Assembly: GCA_965153455.1 (NCBI GenBank)
Contig: OZ234494.1
Location: 1,488,001-1,552,000, forward strand
DNA length: 64,000 bases
DNA from: Sphagnum compactum
Lineage: Eukaryota
Direction of reading: 5' to 3'
Position numbers and translations under genes: made by a program. Positions 1-11,324 of the stretch are shown piece after piece (position 1 is the first letter of the stretch; every line of letters starts with the position of its first letter). The notes beneath the pieces were generated by a model that saw only the letters and a list, made by a program, of their open reading frames with translations, ran no database searches and had not been told where the DNA came from.

Positions 1-3000
1 AAAAAAAACCCCCAACACCCAAATTCTTAATAGGAGATTAAAGGATTCACCAACATGTTTTAAAATCCAATTTAGGCTCACCCGCTAATTTTTTTGGTTG
101 AAGTTTTTCTATAATTTTTTTGGAGGAAAAACTTAAGGAAGTCTTGTTTTAAAATATAAAACATGCATTTAACAAAAAGTAGCCACTTTTTCAAAATCAA
201 GAAATAAAAAAAAGTACATTAGTTTCACCAAGGATTTTTTTCAAATCCATGGTTAATTTGAACTAAATCAAATAGTAGAAGGTAAATCACAATTTGCCCA
301 AATGGTTGTCAATAAATTTTCACACACCACGGGGTGAAATCACACTATAAGGGGGCTGCTTTAGGCCAAAAAAAAAAAAAAAACTCTTTTTGAGTATATT
401 TTGGGGGCAATTTTTCTTTGATTTCATCTAGCGTTTTGATAAACATATAAAATGGATTTTAATAAAAAGGCCTCCAACATAATTCTTGTCATCTTTCAAA
501 TGAAAGTAATTATTCAACAAAATGTTTTTTTTCAACACATTTATGTTCGTTTGAATGAAAAACTTGTCTAGATGTTTTTTGTGAAATCACATGAGTTAAA
601 ATTTTCAATTGTAATTGAAATGGTACAATCAATTCATATTCAATATATGACTAAGTAATTCTTTAAAATTTGCAATTATTTGAATCATTTTTAGAGAATA
701 TTTGAACTTTGCAGTATATCATGACAACATTTAAATTCTCACAAATAATTTTTTTAATCATTTACTATTAATCAAAAAATATAGGTTCCTTTGAAATTTT
801 CATTATTTTGCTATTGAACTACATTATTTTAAATATAATTTAGGAAAATCTCTTTTAATATTGGCTTGGTGGAAGTTGAAAGTTGCAAAGTTGTGAAAAA
901 TAATATTTGTGACTACATTTTCTGGTCATTGTATTGTGCCTTCACCCTATGGATAACTCTTGTTTAAAATGATCAATGATTGTATTAATAATCAACAATA
1001 ACGTTAACATGAAAACAAATCATATACCTTGTTAATGAAACATAAGACATGTGCACATATGCGCTATGTATTTTGTTAATATCATTTATCAATGTGTTGG
1101 CTAAGTAAACCCATGTCAATTATTGTGGTGTATGGTTCTTCTTTTTTTTTGAAAGGTGTGGCCAAAGTAAGAAATAAGAAACTATTGAGCTTTCTTAAAT
1201 ATAATAAGCTTTAGTTTCATCCACCTTTTTAATTTAAAAAATGTATATGTTTTAAAAAAAATCCCTTGGTCACAATAAATTCTAATAAATTTTTGTCTTG
1301 AAGAATTCCATGTACATAATCAACTAAATAAATAATTTCAAATTTTAATGGTTAATTTTATGTAATGCTTTGAAAAAATGCTTGTTGAAAATTTCAAGTG
1401 TTGAATGGTAACCCAAGTATGAATATTTGTAATGTCATACAAAGTTAGAATTATTTCATGCATGCATTTCCACTTGTGGTGATTGTTGTGGATATAATAT
1501 TATACCATCCATGCTTGGTTCTAAGATTGCTCTTAGTAGGCGCTAGCTATTGCAAACCTCTTATGAGGGGTGCAAGGCTCACATTTGGGGGGAGCATGGC
1601 TTACATCTAGAATGCATGAATGAATTGAATGGGGTTATTGGAAAAATAATGGTTGACATAATATAACACATGTCAAGATGTTGCACCTACACGGCACCAC
1701 CATGGAACCCATGTGTCACCCACTTGGCACCTAAAATGACACCTACATTGGGGAAATGTTGGGGCGAGGGGGCGGTGATGTTTGAGATTGTTTGGGATTT
1801 TGGTGTTTTCAACATGTTCCAATAAAAACTCATGGGAACATGGAGTCTATCTATGGGACCCCCAAAATAGAAGGTTATGGAACATTTCCTTTGGTCTAAT
1901 TATAAATTTACAAGGGCACAATTTTGGGCAAAATATATCGGATAAATGTGGTGATATTGGGCACAATTTGGAGAATGGACACATGGGAACTTGGAGAGTA
2001 CATTGGTAACTTCATTGGAAACTATTGGAAACACAAAATTGGATAATATAGTTAGCAATAACTATTCACAATGGGGGGAATCATGTGGTGCTAACGGTAA
2101 CATTGATGCCTTGAATACATCAAATATAGGAATTGGAACAATAGGCTACCATATTTTCAACAACTCATTTAAAACAAAATGTATGAAATTGTTCAATGCA
2201 ATTAAATTATGAATGTTCAATACATTTAGTTGGATGTTGAATGCTCCAAGGATACAAAACTAGTTGTTGAAAAAGGGCCTATTCAAACATTCATGGCAAC
2301 ATTATGGGGTTTAAACAATAGGCTATAAACATTAGGCTCGACAATTCATTTACAATAGGATTTAAGGTATTGAAATGAATCTAACATCTTAGTTGGATGA
2401 CAATTGTAGAGGCAATTAATTATGGACAATCACATATACTATAATGTGCGCCAGTAGAAAATGACCAATGGAACTCAAAAAACTACACTAAATCATTGTT
2501 CATGTGAGTACAATGTGTACATTCATGAATTTATTCGAACAATGAAAATGTCACCATATGCACAACTATGTAAAGGAAACCCAATTTTATGCATAATGGA
2601 GGATGACACATGATAGGGCGTGAATATGTATGGTCAGTTATGGCATGTTTTAGTCCATGATGTAGCCCTCCACAAAAGAATCGATGAATGTCCTTTCCAT
2701 AGCCAAAAAAATGAGCTCAAGACCAATACACATTTCCCCCTTTCACACCTTAACATTTTAAACAACATGATGTAGAATTGTATTGGTTACATTGTAGATT
2801 TTTAAAGATGAAAAAACATGTTCCATGGAGTTGGGAAAAGAAAACATTTAATGAGTAATAGAGTTGGGGTAAGTAGTTTGGGTAGAGTTACATTCCATAA
2901 CAATTTGTTCATCATGGAGAGAATAGAGGAAATAGAGTCAATTCCAATTTGGAAGGATCCATTTCTTACCTTGAAGTCAAGGAAAGAGACAAATAAGGAG

Positions 3001-3125
3001 TTTCATTCCATTCATAGCTCAATTGTGAGATTCCAATGTACTAACTATGAAGTAGATTATCAAGCCATTGATGTTGAAAAGCATCCTCATTCCAATTCTC
3101 TTTATGTCGGCTTTTATTATTGTGA

Positions 3126-3308
3126 TGGAAGTTGTGGGAGGTTGATTATTCAACACAAGATAGATAGACTTATGGAAAGGTTTTGTGCAGATTAAAGTGA
3201 TGGAGAACATAGGGCAGTTGGAAGTTGTGGGAGGTTGATTATTCAACACAAGATAGATAGACTTATGGAAAGGTTTGTGCAGATTAAAGTGATGGAGAAC
3301 ATAGGGCA
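3126..3308. repeat. Tandem duplication, ~93-bp unit x2
   Basis: TGGAAGTTGTGGGAGG...GGAGAACATAGGGCA occurs at 3126-3216 and 3219-3308, nearly identical. Confidence 0.9.
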
Positions 3309-3555
3309 TATTCTATGTTTCTGAGGAGGAAAATGTGAGTGAGAGTACGTTGTTTTGTGGATGATTGCTCTTACGAAACCCCATATAATAAAGAACTAAC
3401 CAATATTGGGTGGGTATACACTTGGTATTGAGACTGGTATAGCCTTGGTATTAAACTGGTATCAAGTCCTTACTAGGTAGGTACAAGGCTTGTATTGCCT
3501 CAAGTCACACTAGTCTGCTCGATTCTTTGATACCAGGACCAGTACCTCGATTGCA

Positions 3556-3558
<3 letters not shown>

Positions 3559-3590
<32 letters not shown>
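3559..3590 (+). repeat. (GA)16 microsatellite, probably in the 5' UTR of the downstream gene (GAGA-element-like)
   Basis: Pure GA run ~65 bp upstream of ATG 3655. Confidence 0.9.
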
Positions 3591-3594
<4 letters not shown>

Positions 3595-3654
3595 CACACA
3601 TATGTGATTGTTGATGTCTCTTTTGTTTCTCTGGAGCTCTCAATTTTGGGGGCT

Positions 3655-6600
3655 ATGGCCATGGCCACCATGGTGGTGATAGGGAGATCATCATGGCAGC
3701 AGGGAATGATGCACTGTGTTCGGCAGCAACATCCTTGGTCCATGCACGTGCAGCGCTTCTCCTTCTCCAGGTGAAAGAAGTTTGCAACTTGGTTGTGCAT
3801 TAGGGTTTGCAACTTGTTTTTTCTGTGGCTTCTTCTATTTTTTGTTCTATTTTTTATGTTGTTGTTGTTGGTCAGGATTATTTAGTTTTGCTTTATGGTG
3901 TGTTAGGTAGGTCTTCACCAGTGTTTGTGAAAATGTATGTTTTTTGCCCCAAATTGTAAGAGATTAGGGTTTTCTGTAGCTCTGAACCTTGTGATGCCTT
4001 GATGCTGATTTTCAAGCAAAATCAATCTAAGGATATGCAATTCAGAGTTTGTTGTCCTGCTGGGAGATGATAATGAGCATGACATTGAAGAAAATGATTT
4101 TGTATAGAGAAGTTCCTTTAAAAAAATCTGAGGGAAATGTTATATGTCAGCAGCCTTGATAAGATGTTTCTGACACAATGATGCCATAGTATTGAGGCAT
4201 AATATGAAGATACAGGAGTTTAGTTTAGTTTCATTTGTGTGAATTTTGCAGGATGTCACAATTGCAAAGGTGGGATCAGCTTGAACTCGCAACCAAGCCA
4301 ATTGTCTTCCAGGCAACAATACAGCTTCATCCATTCTTTAAGCAGGTGGTATGGCGGATTCTCTAAGCTTGTTTTGCAACTATGCCCTTCTATCTTTGGC
4401 ATTTGCAGTATGAACCCTTAATTCTTGAGATTCTTCTGGTAAGGGGATGGGAAGGAAAATGTGAAGCTGTTACCTTCTTTTAGCTCTTTTCTTGCTCTTC
4501 ATCTCAAACTAGCACAAGATGGAATCAACACAATTCTGTGCAACGAGAACATGGAGCCTAATCACAATGTCTTAATGTCTGCTGGTACTTTGTCTCTGTA
4601 CCAGTTTGACACAAAGTAGTGAAGCCTGTTTGAAATCTTTGGAACAGAGTTTTTATTGTTATGGCAACCACTATGGCTCAGTGTTTGTCCGTCAAAAGTC
4701 ACAAAGGAGTACATGGCCTGAGATTTTTCCCTTTGCCGCCCGACCTTATGCAGAAAGACTTAAAGGGGAAAGAATTCAGGATGAGCTTGGGTCAGAGGAA
4801 GGCAGTAAACCCAAAGGCAGGTTGAAATCTGCACAGAGATTCTTGCGGAGGATTCTAAAGTTGGCCCTTGCTGCTCTGTCAATCTCAACATTGGTACTTG
4901 TTGGAGGGCCATCCTTCATTTCATTGCCAGTTGGACTCAATGCAGTCCTCTATTTGATGAATTTTGTGATTCCAGGTAGCTCTTCCATTCCTGATGAGTT
5001 TGGGTTGTTTCCCTGGGGTTGTTGCAAAATTGATGATACCTGGTTAGTCATGGCACTGGAAAGGGATGCATTTGGATGTCCTCCAATAGGATTGACAGGT
5101 TCTGTGATTCTGATGAGAGATGATCTTTTCCACCTAGTCAGTAAAGCAAACATTGACAATATTTGAGGCTCACTTTATGATATGGTTGACCTGCAGGCAC
5201 AATCTCAGTGGGATCTGCATCCCTTGGATGGACAATGCCAGCCTGCTTGAAACAAATCACATTGAGAGGTGTGGAAGGCAAAACTGTCTTATCAATAGTC
5301 GAACTGGAGACCCAATCTCCTCTTTGGTCTCTTATTGCTGGCAGAAGTGGCCTTGGTAATGAACTTTCATTGGTCAGTCTTGTGCTTTTGGTGCTGTGGT
5401 CATCTAAACATGGATCCCCTTTTCTCCATTCTTGTCCATTGAATTTGTGGGTGTAACTTTGTGTTGCCAAGTAATGATCACTCAACATGTGTGTGCGTGG
5501 TGAGGATGTAACTTTCCTGTAATTCTGCATAATGTAATTAAACCTTCCAGGCTGTTGAATCCCTTAAGAGGCTTGTACTCAATAGTTTCCTACTAGGTTA
5601 TGTCTCTCCATGTTCATTTCCTCTCATTGCAGCAAATTTAGATTCAAATTGCAAAATGTAATCAAACCTTCCAGGCTGTTGAATCCCTTAAGAGAATTGT
5701 ACTCTATGGTTTCCTACTAGGTTATGTCTCCCATGTTCATTTCCTCTCATTGCAGCAAATTTTCAACTTTAGATTCGAATTGGAAAGTGTAATTAAACCT
5801 TCCCGGATGTTGAATTTCTGCTTACCCGATAGTGGAGGTGTAGATTATGGTTTCAGTGTCAAAGAAGTACATGTGGATAGCCATTTGAGGAGTCTATAGT
5901 TGGGTTGTGAATCAGGGGACTCCATCATTACTTCACCAACAATCAATTTACAGAAGGATCCAGAGACTGGTCAATCTTACCTGGCTCTTGCTCTCTTCTC
6001 AATTCAGAAGCTTCAAGAAACCAACCCATATGTAAAGAAGAATTTCAGAGCTATGCCATCGGCTGAGGTGGCATGGAGTGCCACAGCACAGGCGCCCTTG
6101 GGTTCCCTGAAAGTTGTGAATGGAAAGCTTACTGTGCCTGGTGATGTTGCAGCGGTGGTGGGTGATGTGGTGAACTGTGATGTGGCACTTGGTATGTTTG
6201 CTACTGCAAAGAGCATTCAGCTGCAAGAAGCTATGCATAGCCATAGGGGGACTTTACCAATGTGTGCTTCCTTGTGGTCAGAATGTGGTAGGGTTGATTT
6301 GACAGGGTTTTTTGATCAGAGCAAGCAAAGGTTGGAGCTTCTTCAGCCGATGAAAGCTGAGGTAAAAGCTTTAGCCTTGTCTCTTCTGCAATTCAGATCT
6401 TTGGTGCATTGTACAGGCAATTTGGGCAATTAACATGCAGGCTTTTTGGTGGAATATTTCATTCAATGAATACTCCACAGCATCTCCTTAAACTTTAGAT
6501 TTGAATTGCAGATGAATTTGTCACCAGCAGTAGGAAAGTTCTATTTGGCACGCATAAATCCTCTACTTGGTGAGATTGTGGGGCTTGCAAACAAGCACAG

Positions 6601-8773
6601 TGACTTGCCTGATGTCACAATAGCTGTAACACCTGCTGAGATGGCTTGGCCGGCTGAAAATTACTTTATTCATATTGAGCCCATTAAAGTGGTACTTTTT
6701 TACTCCCTCTTGGTCTACTGAATGATGTAGGATGAATTTGATTACATTCTTTGTGTCAAATTGTCTCCTTGCTTTGTATTTCAATTGTAAGGCAATCCAC
6801 ATGACTTATTTCATTTTATGAGCTTAACTTGTACTTTCAGCATGAGTAAGATTTGTATGCCTTGTGTTTTTTCCACTATTTCAGATTTTGCCATCAACAT
6901 GTCAATGGGTAGAGGTTGACATATTCTGGAGGTGGATTCAGAACTTTGGACAATTCTGCCATCAACATTCTGAACATTGACCTCCACCCACTGCTGGGAG
7001 CTGATGAAACTAGTGGGGATGCTATGGTAGTTGGTCACTGCCATACATGTTTCTGTCAAGGTTCTTTCAAATTCTGTTGAGAGACCCAGCAGCATGGCTG
7101 AGTTTTCCTGTTCCTGCCAGACGTGGGACAAACTCCCTACATTGGTTAATGTATGAAATTAACCTCCACACACTGCTGGGAGCTGGAGTTGTTGGCGGGC
7201 ATGTATGGTAGTCGGTCATACAATTGCTGTTGAAGGTCTCAGAACATGCCACTGTTGTTCAAACTGGTCCTTATTTTGGGTTATGGGTTTTCTTGGTTTC
7301 TTCTGTTCTTTAGGGCTGGGTTTTCTCTTTTTACTGTTTCCTGTTTGCTGATATGTTGTGAGATGTCAAATCTTTACAAACATATTATTGGGTCATCTTT
7401 GAATTCTATTCGAATTGACTTAAATCATGAGTATGGAGAAGTTCTCAATACTTACGAAGATATGAGGATATGAGTTTATGCTTTTGTTTCATGTTTGTGT
7501 TGAAGCAACCTACTGGTGTTCATTCATACTGCTTGTTCTAGCCTGTAACAGACTATCACATCTGGTTGCAGAACTTGTACATTCCTTTTTTGCCATTGAC
7601 ATCAATCAGGATTCCCATGTTTTTAAATTTTCTTTTCACTTGGCCACAGCATGCTCTGATCACTGAAGAGTGCCCTTCCTATTTCTCTACCTTCAAAAAA
7701 AGACCAGAAATGCAACAAATTGCAAAGATTCCCTCTAGACTTTTAAGTACACACATATACAAAAATTGAGACATAAATGTATGTTCATGTGGGCAGACGT
7801 TGGCAAGAGGTCAGTTGGTAGACAAGGTGTTGGCACTGCTGCCTAAGCAGGATCTGGACAAGGACAACCAGCAGCTCACTATGCAGACATCAGCAATAGA
7901 GGCAACTGTCCATGTGGATGGTCACCTTTCATGTTCTCAAGTGGATCTCCTTATTGCAGGTACTTTCTTTTCCTCAGTATCTCTTTCAGATTGTTTACCT
8001 CAGATTGTTCTTGAGAAGGCACCATTTTAGTGCACTCATGACCTTCATTCTCAGCACAGCTATTCCTTTTTCTGCTAGAGCGCATTACGCATGCATGCAA
8101 TCAACAGTTTTAAGGTTCATTGTTCATTCCTTCACTGCAGAATGTGACAGTTTGTATGCAGCATTCAATCTGCAGTTCTGGTTATAGCAATATTACATAC
8201 AGGGTGATAACAAAGGTTCACAGTGCACATGATGAATCTGATATGTTAGAACAGATGAACAACTTTCAAGATTTTACTGCACCTGATACTGCTTTCCTGC
8301 ATTGGTGCAGATAAAGTACATGTGGCAACATGGGGGCTTATGGACCATATCCAGGAAACCATGACAATGACACTTGCAATCCCAGGAACCTCACTAAGGG
8401 ATCTCCTCGGGCTCTCCAAGCTCCCTTCTGACTTCAATTTCAAGGTACTGGGTTTCCAAACATATCAGCTTGAGGGACACTTAATGTCCATAATGCTATT
8501 TCAAACCCATTTTTTGCAGCTTAAAGGTGGGATTGGCTGAGAGGGATTTAAAAGTGATGATATAGAAGACAACTTTGTTCTTGACAGATTCCTATCAGAG
8601 GCACATTTGATCAACCACAGGTTGACTGGATAGCAGCTGCCCGAGGCATTGCACAGCTCACAGCCCATCAAAAACTTGGAACTGGTTTTATTTCCAGCAT
8701 CATTCAGCAGTTTGATGATATGGAGATTGGAATTCCAAATCCAATTGGTGTGTTTCCATGGGCGCCAACTTAA
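3655..8773 (+). CDS. Putative plastid-targeted AsmA-like (repeating beta-groove, TamB/AsmA superfamily) membrane-anchored protein, ~584-601 aa
   Basis: Phase-consistent GT-AG exons: 3655-3770, 4605-4975 (alternative: 4252-4345 plus 4648-4975), 5197-5355, 5916-6361, 6512-6691, 7797-7959, 8311-8444, 8588-8773 (TAA). No internal stops. Features: acid-free MAMAT.. N-terminus; hydrophobic LALAALSISTLVLVGGP; IPGTISVGSASLGW..LRGVEGKTVLSI..SPLWSLI (AsmA-N-like); C-terminal INPLL..VDLLIADKVHVATWG..TLAIPG..IPIRGTFDQPQVDW..FPW. The gene structure is well supported; the family call is by recognition. Confidence 0.75.
5531..5815. repeat. Intronic tandem duplication, ~125-bp unit x2.3
   Basis: AATGTAATTAAACCTTCCAGGCTGTTGAATCCC...CATTGCAGCAAATTT repeats at ~5531 and ~5655, with a partial third copy at ~5785. 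Confidence 0.85.
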
Positions 8774-10300
8774 GTTCTTCACTGTATATGTTGGGTATAG
8801 ATGAGAAAAGAGGCACAACAACACTTTGTTCTGAAAGCAAGCTTTATGGTAAAGATTTTTCAGGTCACCATCAGCGTTTGGCATGGGACTTCAGATTATG
8901 TTGTTGGGGAGCCAGTTCTCTGCACATGAAATCTGAACAGCAGTCAGTGGGGGAAGGTCAAGGGATGCATATGTTTCTGTATTGTAGATATTGCATAATT
9001 GAGTGGAGTCTGTTGACTACAAACACAAACTTCTTATGCATTCCTCAGCTGCCAGGTTATCTTTGTCAAGGTCCAGGTGGATTGAAACCAAGAGGTGGTG
9101 GCGTTTAACTAATCATGAAGTCTCAGACTTGGTGTACGTTCATAATATTGTCATGTGAAGACTTTATTGCATGTTGGGCCTCCAGTTCTGATGGCATTAT
9201 CCCCTTGTACCCCTCTTATACCACTGGAGTGCCCACATTGTTCTTCTTATGACTCTTGATAAGAAGTCATGCATTCCAAGAAAAAGGCGATTGGAAACAC
9301 TTGGGGCCAGATATGAAAGCGTGCATTTGTAAGAAATGCATAAGAGTATGAAATGGTAGAAAACTACAATTGTGGCTATTGTTTTGCTATTTGATTTTGG
9401 TGAAGGCTTGTACCAGTATCAGACCCTTAGTCACTAAACAGCGAAATACCACCACTCAGGTCTGTAATTTACTCAACCAATGGGGACCGACTGTGTTGGA
9501 CAACTGTGTGCCATTTAAGCAACAATGTTGGGCACTCCAATGGCAACAGTAAAATGGCCTGTACAGAGCACGTTGGATGAAGTCAAATTTTAAAAATAGG
9601 TAGTATGAAACTGAGTTTGAACCTGTGAATCTTAACAGGATATTGTGACTCTAAAAGGGCCAATAAAAGAAAATGACTGCTTTGGATTGACAATCATAAT
9701 GATTCGCTTAGTTTGTGATATTTAAATAGTCTCACACTTCATATTGTACAATTTTTTATGTTTATGGGTGAGGATGGGGATGGGAAAATGTTAGCTTTCC
9801 GGGGGTTTACTTAGAGGTTTACCCGCTTTCTTTGCTTTGTGAAAAATAATTAATGTTCTGTGTTGGATGTAGTAAACATTTGTAGAGGCCCAAACAGGGG
9901 GTGTGGATGGAGATTCTTTAACACAATCTCACATCTTCAAATCTTTTAAGAGTAGGGAGGTTTTGCAATGTTTAGATAAACATCTAATAAGTCAACCACC
10001 AGTAAAGAACTAAAGAGGAATTTCTGCCTGGAGGAGATCCACATGTAGCATTCAGAATGTGTTCTCTCTTTACATGTAGAGGCATCCCCCGCCCACGCCC
10101 ACTATTTGGGTCAGTAAGAGCTTGTACCACATCCAACATAGCGTGTTAGTTATTCCCCCTATCTCCACGGAACATGAAAATCTGTACAGTACAAAGTAAG
10201 AGGCTATTAAAATGCCATCACCTGTGCCAATCATTTCCTTGTACTGGTCCTTTCGGAAGGTGCTGTATCATGAGCATATTTACAGGTCCAAATTGAGTTT

Positions 10301-10559
10301 CACACCATTAAACTCCAATACTTCATCCACAATATAGTGTATTTGCATGTACAATATGTGGGTGGGGATGCCCATTCCCACTAAGGGGAGATCAGCAGAA
10401 ACAATCTTCAGAATGGGATTAGGGCTTACACACCATTAGACTACAATACTTCATTCACAATATAGTGTATTTGCATACACCATATTTGGGTGGGGATGCT
10501 CAATACCACGAAGGGGAGATCAGCAGAAACAATATTCAGAATGGGATTAGGGCTACAAT
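10301..10559. repeat. Tandem duplication, ~128-bp unit x2
   Basis: CACACCATTA..CACAATATAGTGTATTTGCAT..GGGGAGATCAGCAGAAACAAT..GAATGGGATTAGGGCT occurs twice. Confidence 0.85.
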
Positions 10560-10860
10560 AAACTTATTCAAACTAGGGATTAAACTTTGATCAAAACAGT
10601 TTTGCTTGGTTATTGCTAGAACTGTTAAATTTCAAAACATGGTAGGATCTAGCTGAGTCCTTAAACAAATTGCTAAATTTCTTGATGCAGGTTAATTGCA
10701 TCAGATTTGTTCTCATCAGATTGATCTTTAATTGATGAAGTCGCATTTTATGGTCTTCTGTCTTTTTTGATGTAAAATTCAAGTGATTATGCATCTCGAA
10801 TGCTTCTGAGATGGCCATTGACCACATCATGTCTTTTTGAGTATGTAAGTTAAATAGAAG

Positions 10861-11236
10861 GGCTAGAGTGAACAAGCAGCCATCATGCACCATCCATTGG
10901 AAGCCCATTATGACTCTGAAGTGGATGACCCCCACTGGACTGATGCAACTGGATTGATGTTGGGTTTCACCTGGTACCATGTCTTGTAAAAGAACTCACT
11001 CCCTCTGTTTAAAAGATAGGTCCGTAGGTAGGAAGGTTAATAAGTGTTCGCTAGGTAAGTGGATGCACGTAGATTGTTAATAAGTTGGTAAGCACTTGTG
11101 GGTTGTTAGCCCGAAGGTAGTAAAAACACAAATTGCAAACCGCCATGGTCAACTAGTGAACCAAAACCCGATGGAAATGTATTCCATGTCCATCCACCTC
11201 TCATGGTGTGCTGGTGGCTGTTGGTTCACTCTGGCC
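10861..11236. mobile_element. Degenerate non-autonomous TIR element, same family as the foldback at 47392-48176
   Basis: Left end GGCTAGAGTGAACAAGCAGCCATCATGCACCAT; right end ATGGTGTGCTGGTGGCTGTTGGTTCACTCTGGCC (reverse-complementary). Internal GGTTTCACCT, TAGGTAGG and GTGGGTTGTTAG motifs are shared with the 47.4-kb copy. Confidence 0.6.
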
Positions 11237-11324
11237 AATTGCCTTGAAATGTGTCGCTAGTCAGCCTTTTTGGCATATCGAACCAATGCTTGTTGCACAA
11301 ACAGGCTTGTGCCTGAATATGACA

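Noticed and set aside
3655-8773. Calling the gene TIC236/SSG4, or a pseudogene
   Set aside because: It is far shorter than TIC236 and I recognise no TIC236-specific sequence. The stops in the ORF track fall in introns and the spliced frame is open.
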